From Dipteris shenzhenensis (lineage: Eukaryota): 64,000 nt of DNA. Made by a program: the position numbers and the translations under genes. Below, one piece after another: positions 12,199 through 24,075 of this stretch (its first letter is position 1; each line of letters begins with the position of its first letter). Below the pieces are notes generated by a model that saw only the letters and a program-made list of their open reading frames with translations, had not been told where the DNA came from and did no database searches. The stretch lies in the NCBI GenBank assembly GCA_047967505.1, contig CM106538.1; one strand, 5' to 3'.

Positions 12199-12682
12199 AA
12201 TGTGGAGACTTCTTGCCTCTGGCACACATTTGCCTCATCGCATCCAACTTTTCCAATACTTCCTGAAAATTAGAATACAGCATTTATAATAAGACACATT
12301 AAACATTTTAGACCGTTGCCACTCTTTAACAGTTCTTAACAAATGAGCTTATAGAAAGACAAAAGTAAAGGTTGCAAATAAGTACTTAATAGACCTCAAT
12401 CATTTTAGTGCAGCACATCCATGTGCATTTATATTGATAAGTTCATTCCTTTGAGCATACAAAATGTGTAAAATGTTATAGAGGAAGAAGGGCAGCAGGG
12501 GAATAGAAAGGCCTTGCGGCCAATGTTAAACCAATCTTACAGCAGAGCAACATATAGTGCACTGGAGTTATTGCAGAAGACATTGGCTAGGGGCAACCAT
12601 ACAGAGTGAGATCTACAATGCATTGGAGAAGAGACCCTATGGCGGATGGCCAATGGAGAAGCAAAACTGCAGGGAATTTTAT
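12199..12682 (-). ncRNA. Candidate antisense exons (12541-12682 and 12199-12262), probably non-coding
   Basis: Minus-strand acceptor ttgactattttatgcag (12683), donor gtaaga (12540), acceptor ctaattttcag (12263), donor gtaagt (12198), next acceptor ctaatattttctgcag (12059). Inferred from splice signals only. Confidence 0.35.
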
Positions 12683-13349
12683 CTGCATAAAATAGTCAAC
12701 GAAGATTACCAAAAGACTTTGTTTGATTGCTTATTGTGGCTGTATTGGCTCTCATTGGGATGGTCTCCGTCAGGAGGCATGACACGCATTCTAGATTTTT
12801 GTGGACTCGGATCTGATGCCTCTCTCAACAGGTCCTCCTCATTGCAATATGCTATTTCCTCCTCGCTACCTCACACTTTGCTAGAGACCTACGCGAGGAG
12901 GCTGAGCCAGTGAGACTTCACAATACGCAGCCCTATACACGGAATCTGGATTTCTCGAGCCATGGGGTAGTCCTCCTTGTTGGGTACACCAATATGAGCA
13001 TGGGCATACACCAGGTATCACTTTGGATTTTTGTGACATCTCTATTTTATTGCCAGATGTCGATCTAGATGAGGAAAGGATATCTTGAGTTTTTATAGAC
13101 AGGCGAGAGCCCCAATCAATCCTCTTGGACATGGGCATGATACATGATCTTGTCATTTATAATGGTTTGGATCAATGACCCTTCTCGGGTGGATTCACTT
13201 GTTTCCCACATGAGGTGGAGGGGGGATTGCAGTGTATTTGACTACCTCATGGGATCTCCTACCTTCACCTCGCATATCGTTGACTTCTCTGCCTCGCCGC
13301 CAACTCCAAGAGCTGATCATCTCTTCTCTCATTTTTGCATCCCCGTCTT

Positions 13350-14277
13350 TTTTTTTTCAAAGAAAAGGCGAATTCTATTAACGCTTGAGAAAAAACCATA
13401 CAAACAGCTTCCGAAAGCAGCTGCAGATGAAAAACAAAATGGTTGCTAGCTATAGGGAAGCCAGCCTGTTGTCTCACGGCTCATTGCCTAGAGAGATTGT
13501 GAAATGGGAGCTAACAACCATGGTGGTGGTCTATACATCTAGCAAATACCCTTTGTGGAAAGAGTGTAGAAAATTCATGCAGGCCAGGCCTTGCGGAAAC
13601 GCTCCAGCCTTTCGGGGTCGCTCTCGAACCTAGATTACCACGCTCCTAGATAGCGCACAGGGTGAAAATGATGTTCTGCCAAAGGGCTACTAGTATGGCC
13701 ATCGGGAGACTAACTCGCCTCCCATCACTCGACTGCACCGAGCGACCCAGGTGTTCCAAATAGTAATGCTGGAGACTGTCTCCTAAATGCTATACTCTGG
13801 TATGTGCAGTGGGCGTGATCGGCAGGCGGAGATGTGTCATGAATCTTGATCCGAGAGACTTGCTATCCATGTACCTTGTACATCGTGAGGCCGGATCAAT
13901 CGAGAAGACCTCCGTGAGCCAGGCTACCATCCCCCAGGTGAAATCCTTCATCCTCCTCTGCGTGCTAGCCACAATCGTAAGGGATGCCAACCATACTTGC
14001 TATGCTACCGGGCACCCCCCCATAGGCAGTGGGGAGTCATCTCTAGAACTCCTTTTGGACAACAAATGCATCTGCCATCTACCCACATCTACTCCAACCA
14101 GGGGTCAATGGGCAGACCCCCGCGAGTCATCAGCCAAAATAAATAGGAAATCTTGTGCGAGCATAAGCTCCTCCAAAGGCGAGGCCAAAACCGGAAAATA
14201 ACCTCTCTCAAGACGTCCTGCTCCAGCCAATGGTGCTCCCTCGAGGGCGTGCATGTTGCTGCCTTGAGCTGTAAGTA
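13350..14277 (-). mobile_element. 5'-truncated L1 with target-site duplication
   Basis: Poly-T at 13348-13357; ORF2 C-terminal remnant (FRKAWPA, as at 19350..19592); TSD ttttgcatcccc(c)gtctt at 13333-13349 and 14278-14295. Confidence 0.85.
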
Positions 14278-15035
14278 TTTTGCATCCCCCGTCTTATGAT
14301 ACACACCACAACACCGCCTACCCACACTATATATCATGGTACACACTTTAATCATAGCCTCTCCCATGAGTACTCTGCACACCTTTCCACTCTGCTCCTA
14401 GAAGATCCAACTGCTCTGATCATTAGCTCCCTCCGTGAGGCTGCCCTACACACCTTCACACACATATCCGCTCCACCCACCCATTGCCTCTTGGCTTGAT
14501 AGCCTGCAATAGGTGGTACGATGATGAGTGTAAAACTCTATGTTGTCAACAGAGATTCGAGACTAGTATCACCTTTTGAGTAAGGCACAAATGATACACA
14601 AGTGTCGTCGTCTAGTCCACCAAAATTAGCAGGCCTTCATTTGCTAGAATGAGGAGTTAATGGAGGTGTTGATAACTCATGCGGGGTGATATGTGACATT
14701 TTCTATTTCCATTTGCTAAGCATGTTCCCATACTTGGCAGCATGGGGAAGATATGTTACGATGAAGGGTGTTCTAATGTGTGAAGATGTAACCCCACTTC
14801 ACCATGGAGTCCAGAGGAAGATGGAGAGTTGAGGATTTATCTCAACATCATGTATTCTTACTGTGCATACTAACACAGAGAGTGCTAAAAAGGCACAAGC
14901 GTTGGAAACTAATATAGAGGGGTATGCATCATTCTTTTCAACTAATATAGTATATAGTTAGTCATTTTTGGTGTGTTTTCTAGTAGAGACCTCTCTCATC
15001 TCCACTCTTCTCCTCTCCCTCTTAATGTTTGTTCA

Positions 15036-15047
15036 TGGTATCAGAGC
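15036..15047 (+). other. LTR-retrotransposon primer-binding site (initiator tRNA-Met), after a probable LTR ending in CA at 15035
   Basis: TGGTATCAGAGC directly after ...gttca. Confidence 0.8.
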
Positions 15048-15379
15048 TCCCTTGAATTCCACTAAGGCATTGCAATCTTGTGAAAGTATGAGTGAGATTG
15101 AGATTGAGATAGTTCTTCGTTTGCCTTTTACGAGAGTTTCTTTGTTCCACTGAGAGATTTTCATTAATTTATTCAATCCGTTCGCTCTCTTCATGTATGG
15201 GAAAGAGAGATTGAGAGATAGTTCAATCCTATCCTATTGAGAGAAAGAAACGAAGAAATAAAGTTTATTAAAAGTCTTTTAAAGATATCTAGCTGTCCGT
15301 ATTCCTGCATTCCTCTTTATATCTCTCATCTTGCCTTAAACCTCTAAAGGCGGAATTTATCCCATTTGTATAGGCCTTT

Positions 15380-16250
15380 AAGATCACATAAGGTCCTTCC
15401 CTCATCCCTTTCGAGAAAGGTGGCATAGATTTTGTAGGGTCCATATCCCCTCCATCATTGTCTATGAAAATCTATATCTTAGTGGCTACAAATTACTACT
15501 ATAAGTGGTCAGAGGCAGTAGCTACCCATAAGAGTGTTGTGGTGAGTAGGCCAAATGCCTACTAGATCAAGTCATTTGCAAGTTCAAAGCCGGTAAGAAG
15601 ATCGCCATGGACCACTTCATGAATGACCTCATATAAGGAATGGTCAAGCAACTTTCCATTGTCCATTGAGCTACCACACCCTATAAGCCTACGGAAAATG
15701 GGTAGATGGAAAGCACCAACTATGTCCTAGGGGTCATCCTAAGAAACAAGAGGGTCTCACACTCAAAATTGGGATAAAAAAGATCCATAGATTGTGTGGG
15801 CATATAACCTTTACCTACAACAAGGCCACACAATTTTGTTGTTTTTCCTAGTCTATATTACAGAGTGCCATTAGGACAGCCTTAGAGCAAAACCTTGGGG
15901 AATGCAAGGCAACATATCACACATTTCTTCCCTAGATGAGCATAGGTGATGAGTCTACTTAAATGCTCTCACCATGAAGAAATAGCAAAAAAATATCATG
16001 ACAAAAGATTATCAATATCCAGCTCAAGGAAGGTGACCTAGTTCTCTGTTTTGATCCTTGACTCGGGCTGTTTGCCACTAAATTTCAAAGCCTCTAGCAA
16101 GTGCTGGTGCAAGTAGTCCATGTGGGATCAAACACCACCATTCGATTGAGATAGATAAGTGGGGAATTTCCCCACAACAACTAACTTAAACAAAAGTAAA
16201 ACTCTATTAGACACGATCCAAGCAACCCCCTAGTGCATGAACTTGAGAAT
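15380..16250 (+). pseudogene. Heavily decayed Ty3/gypsy integrase
   Basis: Recognisable PFE(KW)GIDFVG, VATNY..KW.EA and TTPYKP..NG..ESTN motif remnants with many frameshifts. Confidence 0.7.
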
Positions 16251-16329
16251 TGATACCCCCTCCCTCGACATGAGAGAATAGTATACTAAAGAAAACCTCA
16301 GCTTAACTAAAAGTTTGGATAGCAGGATC

Positions 16330-16900
16330 TGATAAATCTCGCCCCTTGAACGTGGGGCCATGACCTGTTACTATCTAAAGGGCACCCAAACTATGAACAA
16401 ATGTTTCTACCAAGAAATTGTCTACCGCTTTAGGGTTCGTCCCACTTGGTAACAAAATATGTAGCCACTATGATATACTTTTTCCATGACGGGAGTGTTG
16501 TAGATCGAGCCCCCACTTTTTGAAAGGGCCTAATCCACGAATGGGGTGTAGCGGGCCCCTTTTAACTCTTTTCCCCCAAATCCTGAGAGGTATGGCAAGT
16601 GGTACATCATTCCTGAATATCTCTATGGATATTAGGCCAAAAGTACCCTGCTGCAAAACATTCCGAGCTGTAACCTCGTGCAAAATGGCCACCATAGATA
16701 TTTTATGAGAGACTTCCATTATTTTTGTGCTTCTGCTTTCCCAATCACTTTTCATAGCACTGAGTCTTTTCCCATTCTATCTTATGTATCCCCCAACAGC
16801 CTATAAGGTCTTTCCCTCACAAGTAACTTTGTTATTCGTTTTTAGTCATCTTCTCAGCAGGTGATTGAGTGTCTTGTTGTGCACTTGCCAAGTTCCTTGC
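16330..16900 (-). pseudogene. Decayed Ty3/gypsy integrase N-terminal/core fragment, opposite orientation
   Basis: ORF 16468..16755: VTARNVLQQGTF...GPLHPIRGLGPFKKWGLDL. Confidence 0.75.
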
Positions 16901-17049
16901 ATGTGACATATTACCAGCAAAGAGTCCTCATAGATACAAGGCTTACGGACCCCTATTTCTTGGCTGTGTTTCAAGCCATGTATTGAGGACAAATACTCAG
17001 CTTCATTATCTGAGGCTACGGAGTTTTATTTCTTTCCCCTCCCCTGCAA

Positions 17050-18450
17050 TCTCATGACCATCAGGGACTGTACATGCAGGGTTAGGAGAAGGGGAGACCA
17101 CTAACTGCACATCTGCAAGCATGCCCCAGGTGGATCAGAACTGGCAGTATCTCAACATTGGGACTAAGGACCAACCTCAGCATCTGAAGGTAGCTAGTTG
17201 GGGTTGGGAGCATGATTGCCTTCTTGCTGCATTAACTGACTTTTTCCAAGAATATGTGGATGTCTTTTGGTTGGTCACACACATATTTAAAGGGAGTCCT
17301 GGCTGAGTTCATGGAGCACCGCATCTACTTATACCCAGATGCAGACCCAGTGATTAAAGGGTCATCCCGCATGAATCCCAACTATGGTAAGGCAGTCCAA
17401 GTTGATATCCAGAAAATGGAGCAAGCAGGCCAAATCTACCCAATGAACTACTCTGATTGGGTCAGTAGAATTGTAATTGTACCCAAGAGAGAGACATGCA
17501 AACTCCACGTGTGTGTTGACTATCGGAGTTTGAATACTGCCACAAGACGAGATCAGTTTCTGCTTCCCTTCATAGATAGGGTGCTAGAGGTAGTGGCGGC
17601 TGGTCATGCTCTGTACTTCTTCATGGATGGATATAGCGGGTACAACCAAGTAAGGGTTCAAGGGCAGGATCAATTAAAGACCACCTTTGTCACCCAGTAA
17701 GGAACATATGCCTATAGAATGATGCCCTTTGGTCTGTGTAATGCACTGGAAACATTTCAACATCTTGTCACCAAACTGTTCCAAGTGAATATTGGGAAGT
17801 TTCTTGAGGTATTCTTGGATGATTTCTCGGCTTTCAATGGTAAGAATGCCTCTCATGTCGACCCTGCTGTACAAACTGATTACATCAATAAGTCGAGATG
17901 AGTTTTTGACAAGTGCAGAGAAGTCCGGTTGGGCTTAAATCCTAACAAGTGCTTCTTCCTAGCACTGCGAGCGGTTCTCCTTAGCCACATTGTCTCGGCT
18001 GAAGGAATGACTACAGATCCAGCTAAGGTGGAGGTGATACTCACCTTGCCCATTCCCCGCACACCCAGAGAAGTGAAGTCCTTTTTGGGGCATGTGGGTT
18101 ATTACAGAAGGTTCATCCGGTTCTATGTTGACATCACAGTGGCATTGACAGAACTCCTCTATCAAGAAGAGTCTTGTCCATACCTCAGCAGCTAGCCTTC
18201 GACAATCTCAAGGACCGTATGGTGAAGGCATCCATTCTATGACAATCCAACTGGGATGTCATTTTTTCATGTACATGTGGATGCCAGTGAACTAGCCATT
18301 GGTGCAATATTAGCCCAACTTGACCCAGACCACAAATTAGACTTTTGCCAGCAGACAATTGAATGGAGCGGAACAAAACTACAACACTACAAAACGGGAG
18401 GGTGTAAGCATCGTGTATGCCATGACAAAGTACCAACATTATCTCTTGGG
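17050..18450 (+). pseudogene. Ty3/gypsy reverse transcriptase and RNase H remnant
   Basis: WVSRIVIVPK, CVDYRSLN, MDGYSGYNQ, KTTFVT, MPFGLCNA, FLDDF, KSFLGHVGYYRRFI, FHVHVDASELAIGAILAQ (ORFs 17254..17700, 17719..17901, 17929..18195, 18256..). Confidence 0.92.
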
Positions 18451-18469
18451 CAGTGTTGTACTTTTACTA

Positions 18470-18760
18470 GTCAGACCTTAGTCACGTGGGGTCATACCAT
18501 GGTCGAACCTTGTTCACACCTGGGTCATACCTTGTTCACATCTTGGTCACTGGAGCAACATGTCAAGGGTGATCAGACCTTGGTCACACCTGGGTCACAC
18601 CTGTTCACATCTTGGTTAGTGGTGCAACATGCCAAGATCGTTAGACCTTTGTCAAACCTGGGTCACACTTTGTTCACATCTTGGTCAGTGGAGTGACATG
18701 ACAAGGATGGATAGACCTTGGTCATACTTTAGTCACACCTAGTCACACTTCGGTCATTCA
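18470..18760. repeat. Degenerate tandem repeats of GGTCACAC/TGTTCACA motifs (higher-order unit about 68-70 bp)
   Basis: Recurrent gaccttggtcacacctgggtcacac..tgttcacatcttggtcagtgg. Confidence 0.8.
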
Positions 18761-19207
18761 GTACGGGACTAGAGTGATACATGAATAGGCCATGACTGGA
18801 GCATTACATGACTGGAGGAGTACATGTCTGGGCATGTCAAGCATGGACTGACCTTGGTCAAAGAAGATCCACCCTTGGTCAAAGTAAAGTACTGGAGCAC
18901 TGGATTGAAGCAGTAGTTAAGGGAGCCCAGGTGGTGCATATGGTGGTACACATAGAAGTTGTGCCACCGGTTGAGCTCGCCACCAACTAATGTCAGGTGC
19001 ACATACGTCAAGTAGTAACTAGGAGGGCACGACAGGTTACTCATCCAAATAGCAGACAACGATCCATTACGGGCTTCTTGCCTACACAGCCCAGTCCACC
19101 CGTTGGGTACAGCTTGATGTTCTATATGCCTATTATATTGTATTGGATTAGATTGTGTCCCCACATGGATTCCAGGATAGCTGTATATGATTTGATGGAC
19201 ATGTGTT

Positions 19208-19597
19208 TTTTTTCTTCAAAAAAAGGAACCTTCTATTAATGCTTGAAAGACTTCATACAAAACAGTAGCCTTGAAGGTGCTGAGTATGGAAAAACCGAGA
19301 AAAGCCTGAAAGAAAAAACCGCCTGTTCCCGAGAAACCCAGCTCAGTGCCTAGGGGATCTCTGGTACAGGGGCTAACAACCAAGTGGGGGGACTATACAA
19401 CCAGCGAATCCCTCGTGGAATAAAGATGTAGAAAAATCTTGCAGGCCAAGCCTTGCAAAAACGAGCACGCCTCTCGATAGTTGCTCTAGAGGCTGGAGTC
19501 CCACGCTCCCAGGTAGAGCGTAGAGTGTAGATGATATCCTGCCAGATGGCGACCAAGGTAGCCGAGGGTGGAACCGGATGCTCACCAATCACGAGAC
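19208..19597 (-). mobile_element. Short 5'-truncated L1 (about 390 bp) with a perfect 16-bp TSD
   Basis: TTGATGGACATGTGTT at 19192-19207 and 19598-19613; poly-T at the left; ORF 19350..19592 is the L1 ORF2 C-terminus (IWQDIIYTLRSTW...WLYSPPTWL). Confidence 0.92.
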
Positions 19598-19619
19598 TTG
19601 ATGGACATGTGTTATGATA

Positions 19620-20871
19620 TCATTAACTTTGTCTACACAATTTTCTAGCATGGGTTAGGATGCTCGCTTAGTAGCTGCACCCTTTTGCTCATTGTATTAG
19701 GTTTTTCTCTAGTCTCATAGACCCATCGGTCTTTAGCAAACTTTAATAAACTTTCTTTCTTTCTTTCTTTCATCCAACATGACTTCAATTCTATCCTCTC
19801 TTTCCCTACTGCTCTCCCATCCTCTTTAACCCCCACATCTTCTATGTTCTCACCCTTTCCCTTCTGCAACACTGAGGCCCTCCGCGTATGTAGTACCATC
19901 TGTGTACACATCCTCTATGGCTACACCAAGAGTGACTTCACCATTGTGGTCCTCTGCAAGAGGGGTCATCTCATCCTCTATAGCATCCACATTTATTACT
20001 GCTCCATTGGGAGCTTCACATGAGAGATAATTTCAGGCACATGCTGAACCATTGGCACCTCCTGCATCATTTGTGACAATCTTAACTGCTTCCTTTCCTT
20101 CTCTTTTGCTACCTTGAGAGCATCCTCATAAGTGACCAGCTCTTTACATTCAATCTTTATCCTAATCTCCGGCTTCAGACCAGCAACAAACCTATCCTTT
20201 TTTATGACTTTGGGAGGAACTTTAGGTAATAAGGCCCCCTGCCATTTATTCCACAACACAGTGAACTTACCGACATACTCATCCACTAATTGAGTCGGCT
20301 GTTGCTACAATAAACATAGCTCTCTCCAAATGCCATCAGGATCTCTAACACACATAAACCTGTCTAGGAAAGCTCTCCTCACCTCTGGATAAGTCGGGTT
20401 TCAGTGAGCACCCTAATCATCACGCATCCTTGCAGAGAAAGTTTGCAGCCAAGTTCTCGCTTCTCCCAACAGACAAAAGAATAGAATCTGAAGAAGGAAT
20501 TCTAGAGCATTCCTGTCTTTAATAAGAACTGTGAACTCCAAGCACTCAAAAAACCTCTCTGGGTCTTCATTGGGCAACCCGTGAAATCGAGGAAATTCAT
20601 GAGCCATCTCTCCTCTTGACTAACTTATCTCAAACACACTCCCAACCAAAAATACTACCCAACCTCTTCTGGGAAGAAAACAAAAATAATCACTCTACTG
20701 AAGAAAACTTACCCTGCATCTGACTGGCATTCTTCTTCCTAAGAGCAATCACTTTCAAAGCCTTTTGAACCTTAGCACGGAGACGTATCACCAGAAGTTC
20801 AACATCAAAACATCTATCTCTCCTATGTCCACACTCCCCACGTAACTCACAAATCACTCTCATGCGAGGCT
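19620..20871 (-). pseudogene. Ty3/gypsy gag remnant; its upstream sequence continues at 23413 onward, past the L1 insertion
   Basis: ORFs 20413..20607 (FPRFHGLPNEDPERFFECLE...LLGEARTW) and 19996..20286 (DEYVGKF..LW...KKDRFVAGLKPEIR) match retrotransposon gag capsid patterns. Confidence 0.8.
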
Positions 20872-20886
20872 TTGTCTTCATAGTTT

Positions 20887-23412
20887 TTTTTTTTGCAAAA
20901 AAGAGACTTCTATTAAGTAAGAAAGAAACTCGCTAGAGCAAGCTCTGTGCGGAAATACAACATGCTAAGCATGTAATAAAAAACACCTCAGAGCAATGAA
21001 GTAGAAAGAAACCAAGGCTGAGGTTGAAAATGCCAACTCAACCCTATAGAAATCTCAGCAAAGAAGGGAGAGTCTCTCCAATCGCTGAGAAAAGTAACTC
21101 TCCTGGAGGAGGCTGCTCGAGATGATCCCTGCATGGTCGCCCAACTGGCCATCAGAGTGTGTACCGTATCTGTCCAAGTAGTGGCCAAGATCTGAGAAGG
21201 GTGAACCTGAGAACCCTCCAAAGCCTCAGTGCATCTGGCTCTCCAAATGTGCCATGCAGCAATGCTAGCTAAGACCTCCCATGGAGAATCGACCAAGGAA
21301 TGAGCAGCCTTGAAGAGAGTGGCCAAAACATCCTCTAGAGAGCACGAATCCACAAGGTGTCGTCGGATATGAAGAGTCGAAGAGGAGTCAAGTCTCTCAA
21401 AAAAGACTTGGGGCCCTAAAAGAGTAAGCCAAGCCACTGATCCCTAGGTCATATAGAAAGGTAGGCGAACAAAACTGCTAAAAGTCTTGCAATCCCCTTC
21501 CATATGATTCTCGCCTGTTTGCAATCCCAAAGGCAGTGCTGTATTGTCTCCAAAGCAGAAAGGCAACGAGGGCAAGAAGGGTCAGCTCCGAACCTGGATC
21601 TCCAATGGTTTACTGCTATCCCACCATGAATAGAAAGCCAAAAGAAGAGAGTGATTTTTCTATTCTGGTGGGATTTCCAGAGCCTTTGCCAAAAAATTTT
21701 CTACAAGTCAGCTGAAATCTGAAAGTTCTCCCAATGATGAGCTCTGGTAGGCCTCCAACCCATATAGCTGAGCTGGAATTTTCTGGCATTACTAACCGTG
21801 TAACGAAAGAAGGGATGCCCTTCTCTCAGTGCCCTTCATCTATCCATTCCCATTCCCCAGGGTCCCACTACAGAAACTTGGGACACCTCCATAGAGCCAC
21901 AGCCTCCATGAGCCCAGGGCGATGAGAAGCGGGTTAGGATCCAAGTACTATTCTGAAAGAGAGCCATATCCATGAAGCCCACTATCCTGACGGGCTGAAA
22001 CGGTACCTCCAACAAGATATCGTCTGTGGATTTGGACAGCCTGCCCCCCGAAGAAACATCAAAGACTAAGGCATCCTCATGTGTGTCATGAAAAGCAATC
22101 ACTTGTAAAGGAACTCCTAGTCTGGAAAATGCCCCCATCCAGGTGGAGCAAGTAATAGGCATGTCATCTGCCTCCACCCAATCCAAGGGCAAGGCTGCAT
22201 CAATCTGTCGGACTCTCCCTGCACTCCCTCTGAGATTAAGAACCATCTGGGCCTATTGGTCTGCAAGAAGCTTCCTAAAGGCTTTCCATGCTTCCATAGT
22301 AGATGTAGGGCCCCTCTCCCATCTTGGCCACTGCATGTAAGGAGAAGCTCCAAGTGGTCTGCCATGCTCATCCAAAATCCTGTCATTCCACATGATAGGC
22401 TGCCTTTCAATCTCTTCACGGGTGGATGGGGGAATCCTGCGAAGAGTACTCCTGAAGCTGGCCCATGCTTTCAGGATAGCAACCATAAGAGGGGAAGGGG
22501 AAGAGGAAGAGGAAGATCTGAGGTGGGCTGTGGTGAAAACCCATCTGGTACTGTGTGTCCAATCCTCTCCTGAAGTGGGCGTGTGAGACTATATGCATTT
22601 GATAAAGAAATCCTTCCAAGGCTCTTGCCTTGGCATAAGTCCTCTCACAATGACCTTGCAGAGTAAAGCTCTGCACTGTAGATCCGGGTCGACGATATTC
22701 AAACCCCCTTCTCTTGTAGGAAGAATCAAGGTCTCCCAAGCCACCCTGGTTGTAACATCAGATGTGCCATCTAGACCACTCCATAAAAAGTTTCGTACAG
22801 GCCTCTTAAGCTGAGTGATACAATCCCTAGAGTGGCATCAACAAGAGCAAACAAACCAAGCTATGGCTAGAAGAACCTGGTTAACCACCACCACCCTGGA
22901 AGCCAAGTCAAGTTTGGCTGAGCTCCAGAAAAGGAGCTTTCTTCTGATGCTCTCCAACACCGGAGCAAACTGTTGTGAAGGAGAGATGCCCACCCCAACC
23001 TGGCAGCCCAAATATCTAACGGAGACGCCCCTCTATACCCAAGTGAAGCCAAAATCAATACCCCAATCCGGGGTGTCATCATTGCAAATCCAAAAACCAT
23101 TGGATTTATGCCAATCAATGTGTGCGCCTGCAGCTGTGCAAAATAAATCCAAGGCTGTCCGGAAGGAAGTGAGCGTCCTGGGGGAGGCATCCAAAAAAAC
23201 AGCCGTGTCATCTGCCAACTCACTATCTAGGAGCTCTTTTTCCCGGCGGATAGGAAGCCTCAGCCCATAAATATCAGCTTGAGATCTAATGTAGATACTC
23301 ATAGCTTCCGCCACAAACAGAAAAAGAAAAGGGGCAAGAGGACATCCCTGGTGGACTGATCTAGAAATCAGAAAAGGGGGAGGGCAGTAGCTCACGGGGA
23401 GAGGAGCAGCTC
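20887..23412 (-). mobile_element. L1 (second family), RT 3' half to poly-A, internally deleted, with 15-bp TSD
   Basis: Poly-T at 20884-20894; SVHQGCPLAPFLFLFVAE, LADDT and WHIWRARC motifs; TSD TTGTCTTCATAGTTT at 20872-20886 and 23413-23427. Confidence 0.92.
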
Positions 23413-24075
23413 TTGTCTTCATAGTTTCAATCCCTAACCACACAGAAATTCAAGCAACATTCCCTAGCCAATCTTCTGGGCCGTTCTGTCTTGAGTACCC
23501 AATCTCAATTCAAAACTCCTCCTGTCCCCAGCAGGATCGCCAAAAAGATGATAAGGAAAAAAATGGAGAAAGACAACCAAGAATTATGTACTTCACCACG
23601 TCAGATAGCGGGGGTGAAGGAGGGGGGCGGGGGGGCTGGCGGGTGGGAGAGAGGGAGGGCGGGGAAGGAGAGGTAGGGGGCAGCGGGGAGGGAGAGGTAG
23701 GGGGCAGCCGGGGGGGAGAGGAAGGGTGAGGGAGGGAGGAGGAAGGAGAGAGGGAGGGTGAGGGAGGAGGGAGAGGGGGCTGGCGAGAGGGGAGGTAGAG
23801 GAGGAGTAGTGAGGGGGGGGAGAGGGGGGGCAGCGAGGGAGAGGGGGAGGGCAGTAGCTCACCGGGAGAGGAGCAAATCCTGTCTTCATAGTTTCAATCC
23901 CTAACCACACAGAAATTCAAGCAACATTCCCTAGCCAATCTTCTGGGCCGTTCTGTCTTGAGTACCCAATCTCAATTCAAAACTACTCCTGTCCCCAGCA
24001 GGATCGCCAAAAAGATGATAAGAAAAAAAAAGGAGAAAGACAACCAGGACTTATGTACTTCACCACGTCAGATAG
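23377..24075. repeat. ~232-bp direct duplication (23377-23608 and 23844-24075) separated by a G/A-rich tract
   Basis: Near-identical gggagggcagtagctcac...cttcaccacgtcagatagc in both copies. Confidence 0.95.

Noticed and set aside
12481-12690. + strand protein-like frame (EEEGQQGNRKAL...GEETLWRMANGEAKLQGILSA) as another host exon
   Set aside because: Contains an in-frame TGA and has no clear donor; exons C and D already join in phase without it. A pseudogene fragment cannot be excluded.
15036-15047. TGGTATCAGAGC matches (also 25917, 42911, 57373) as tRNA genes
   Set aside because: Only 12 nt complementary to the 3' end of initiator tRNA-Met, each next to an LTR end; these are primer-binding sites.
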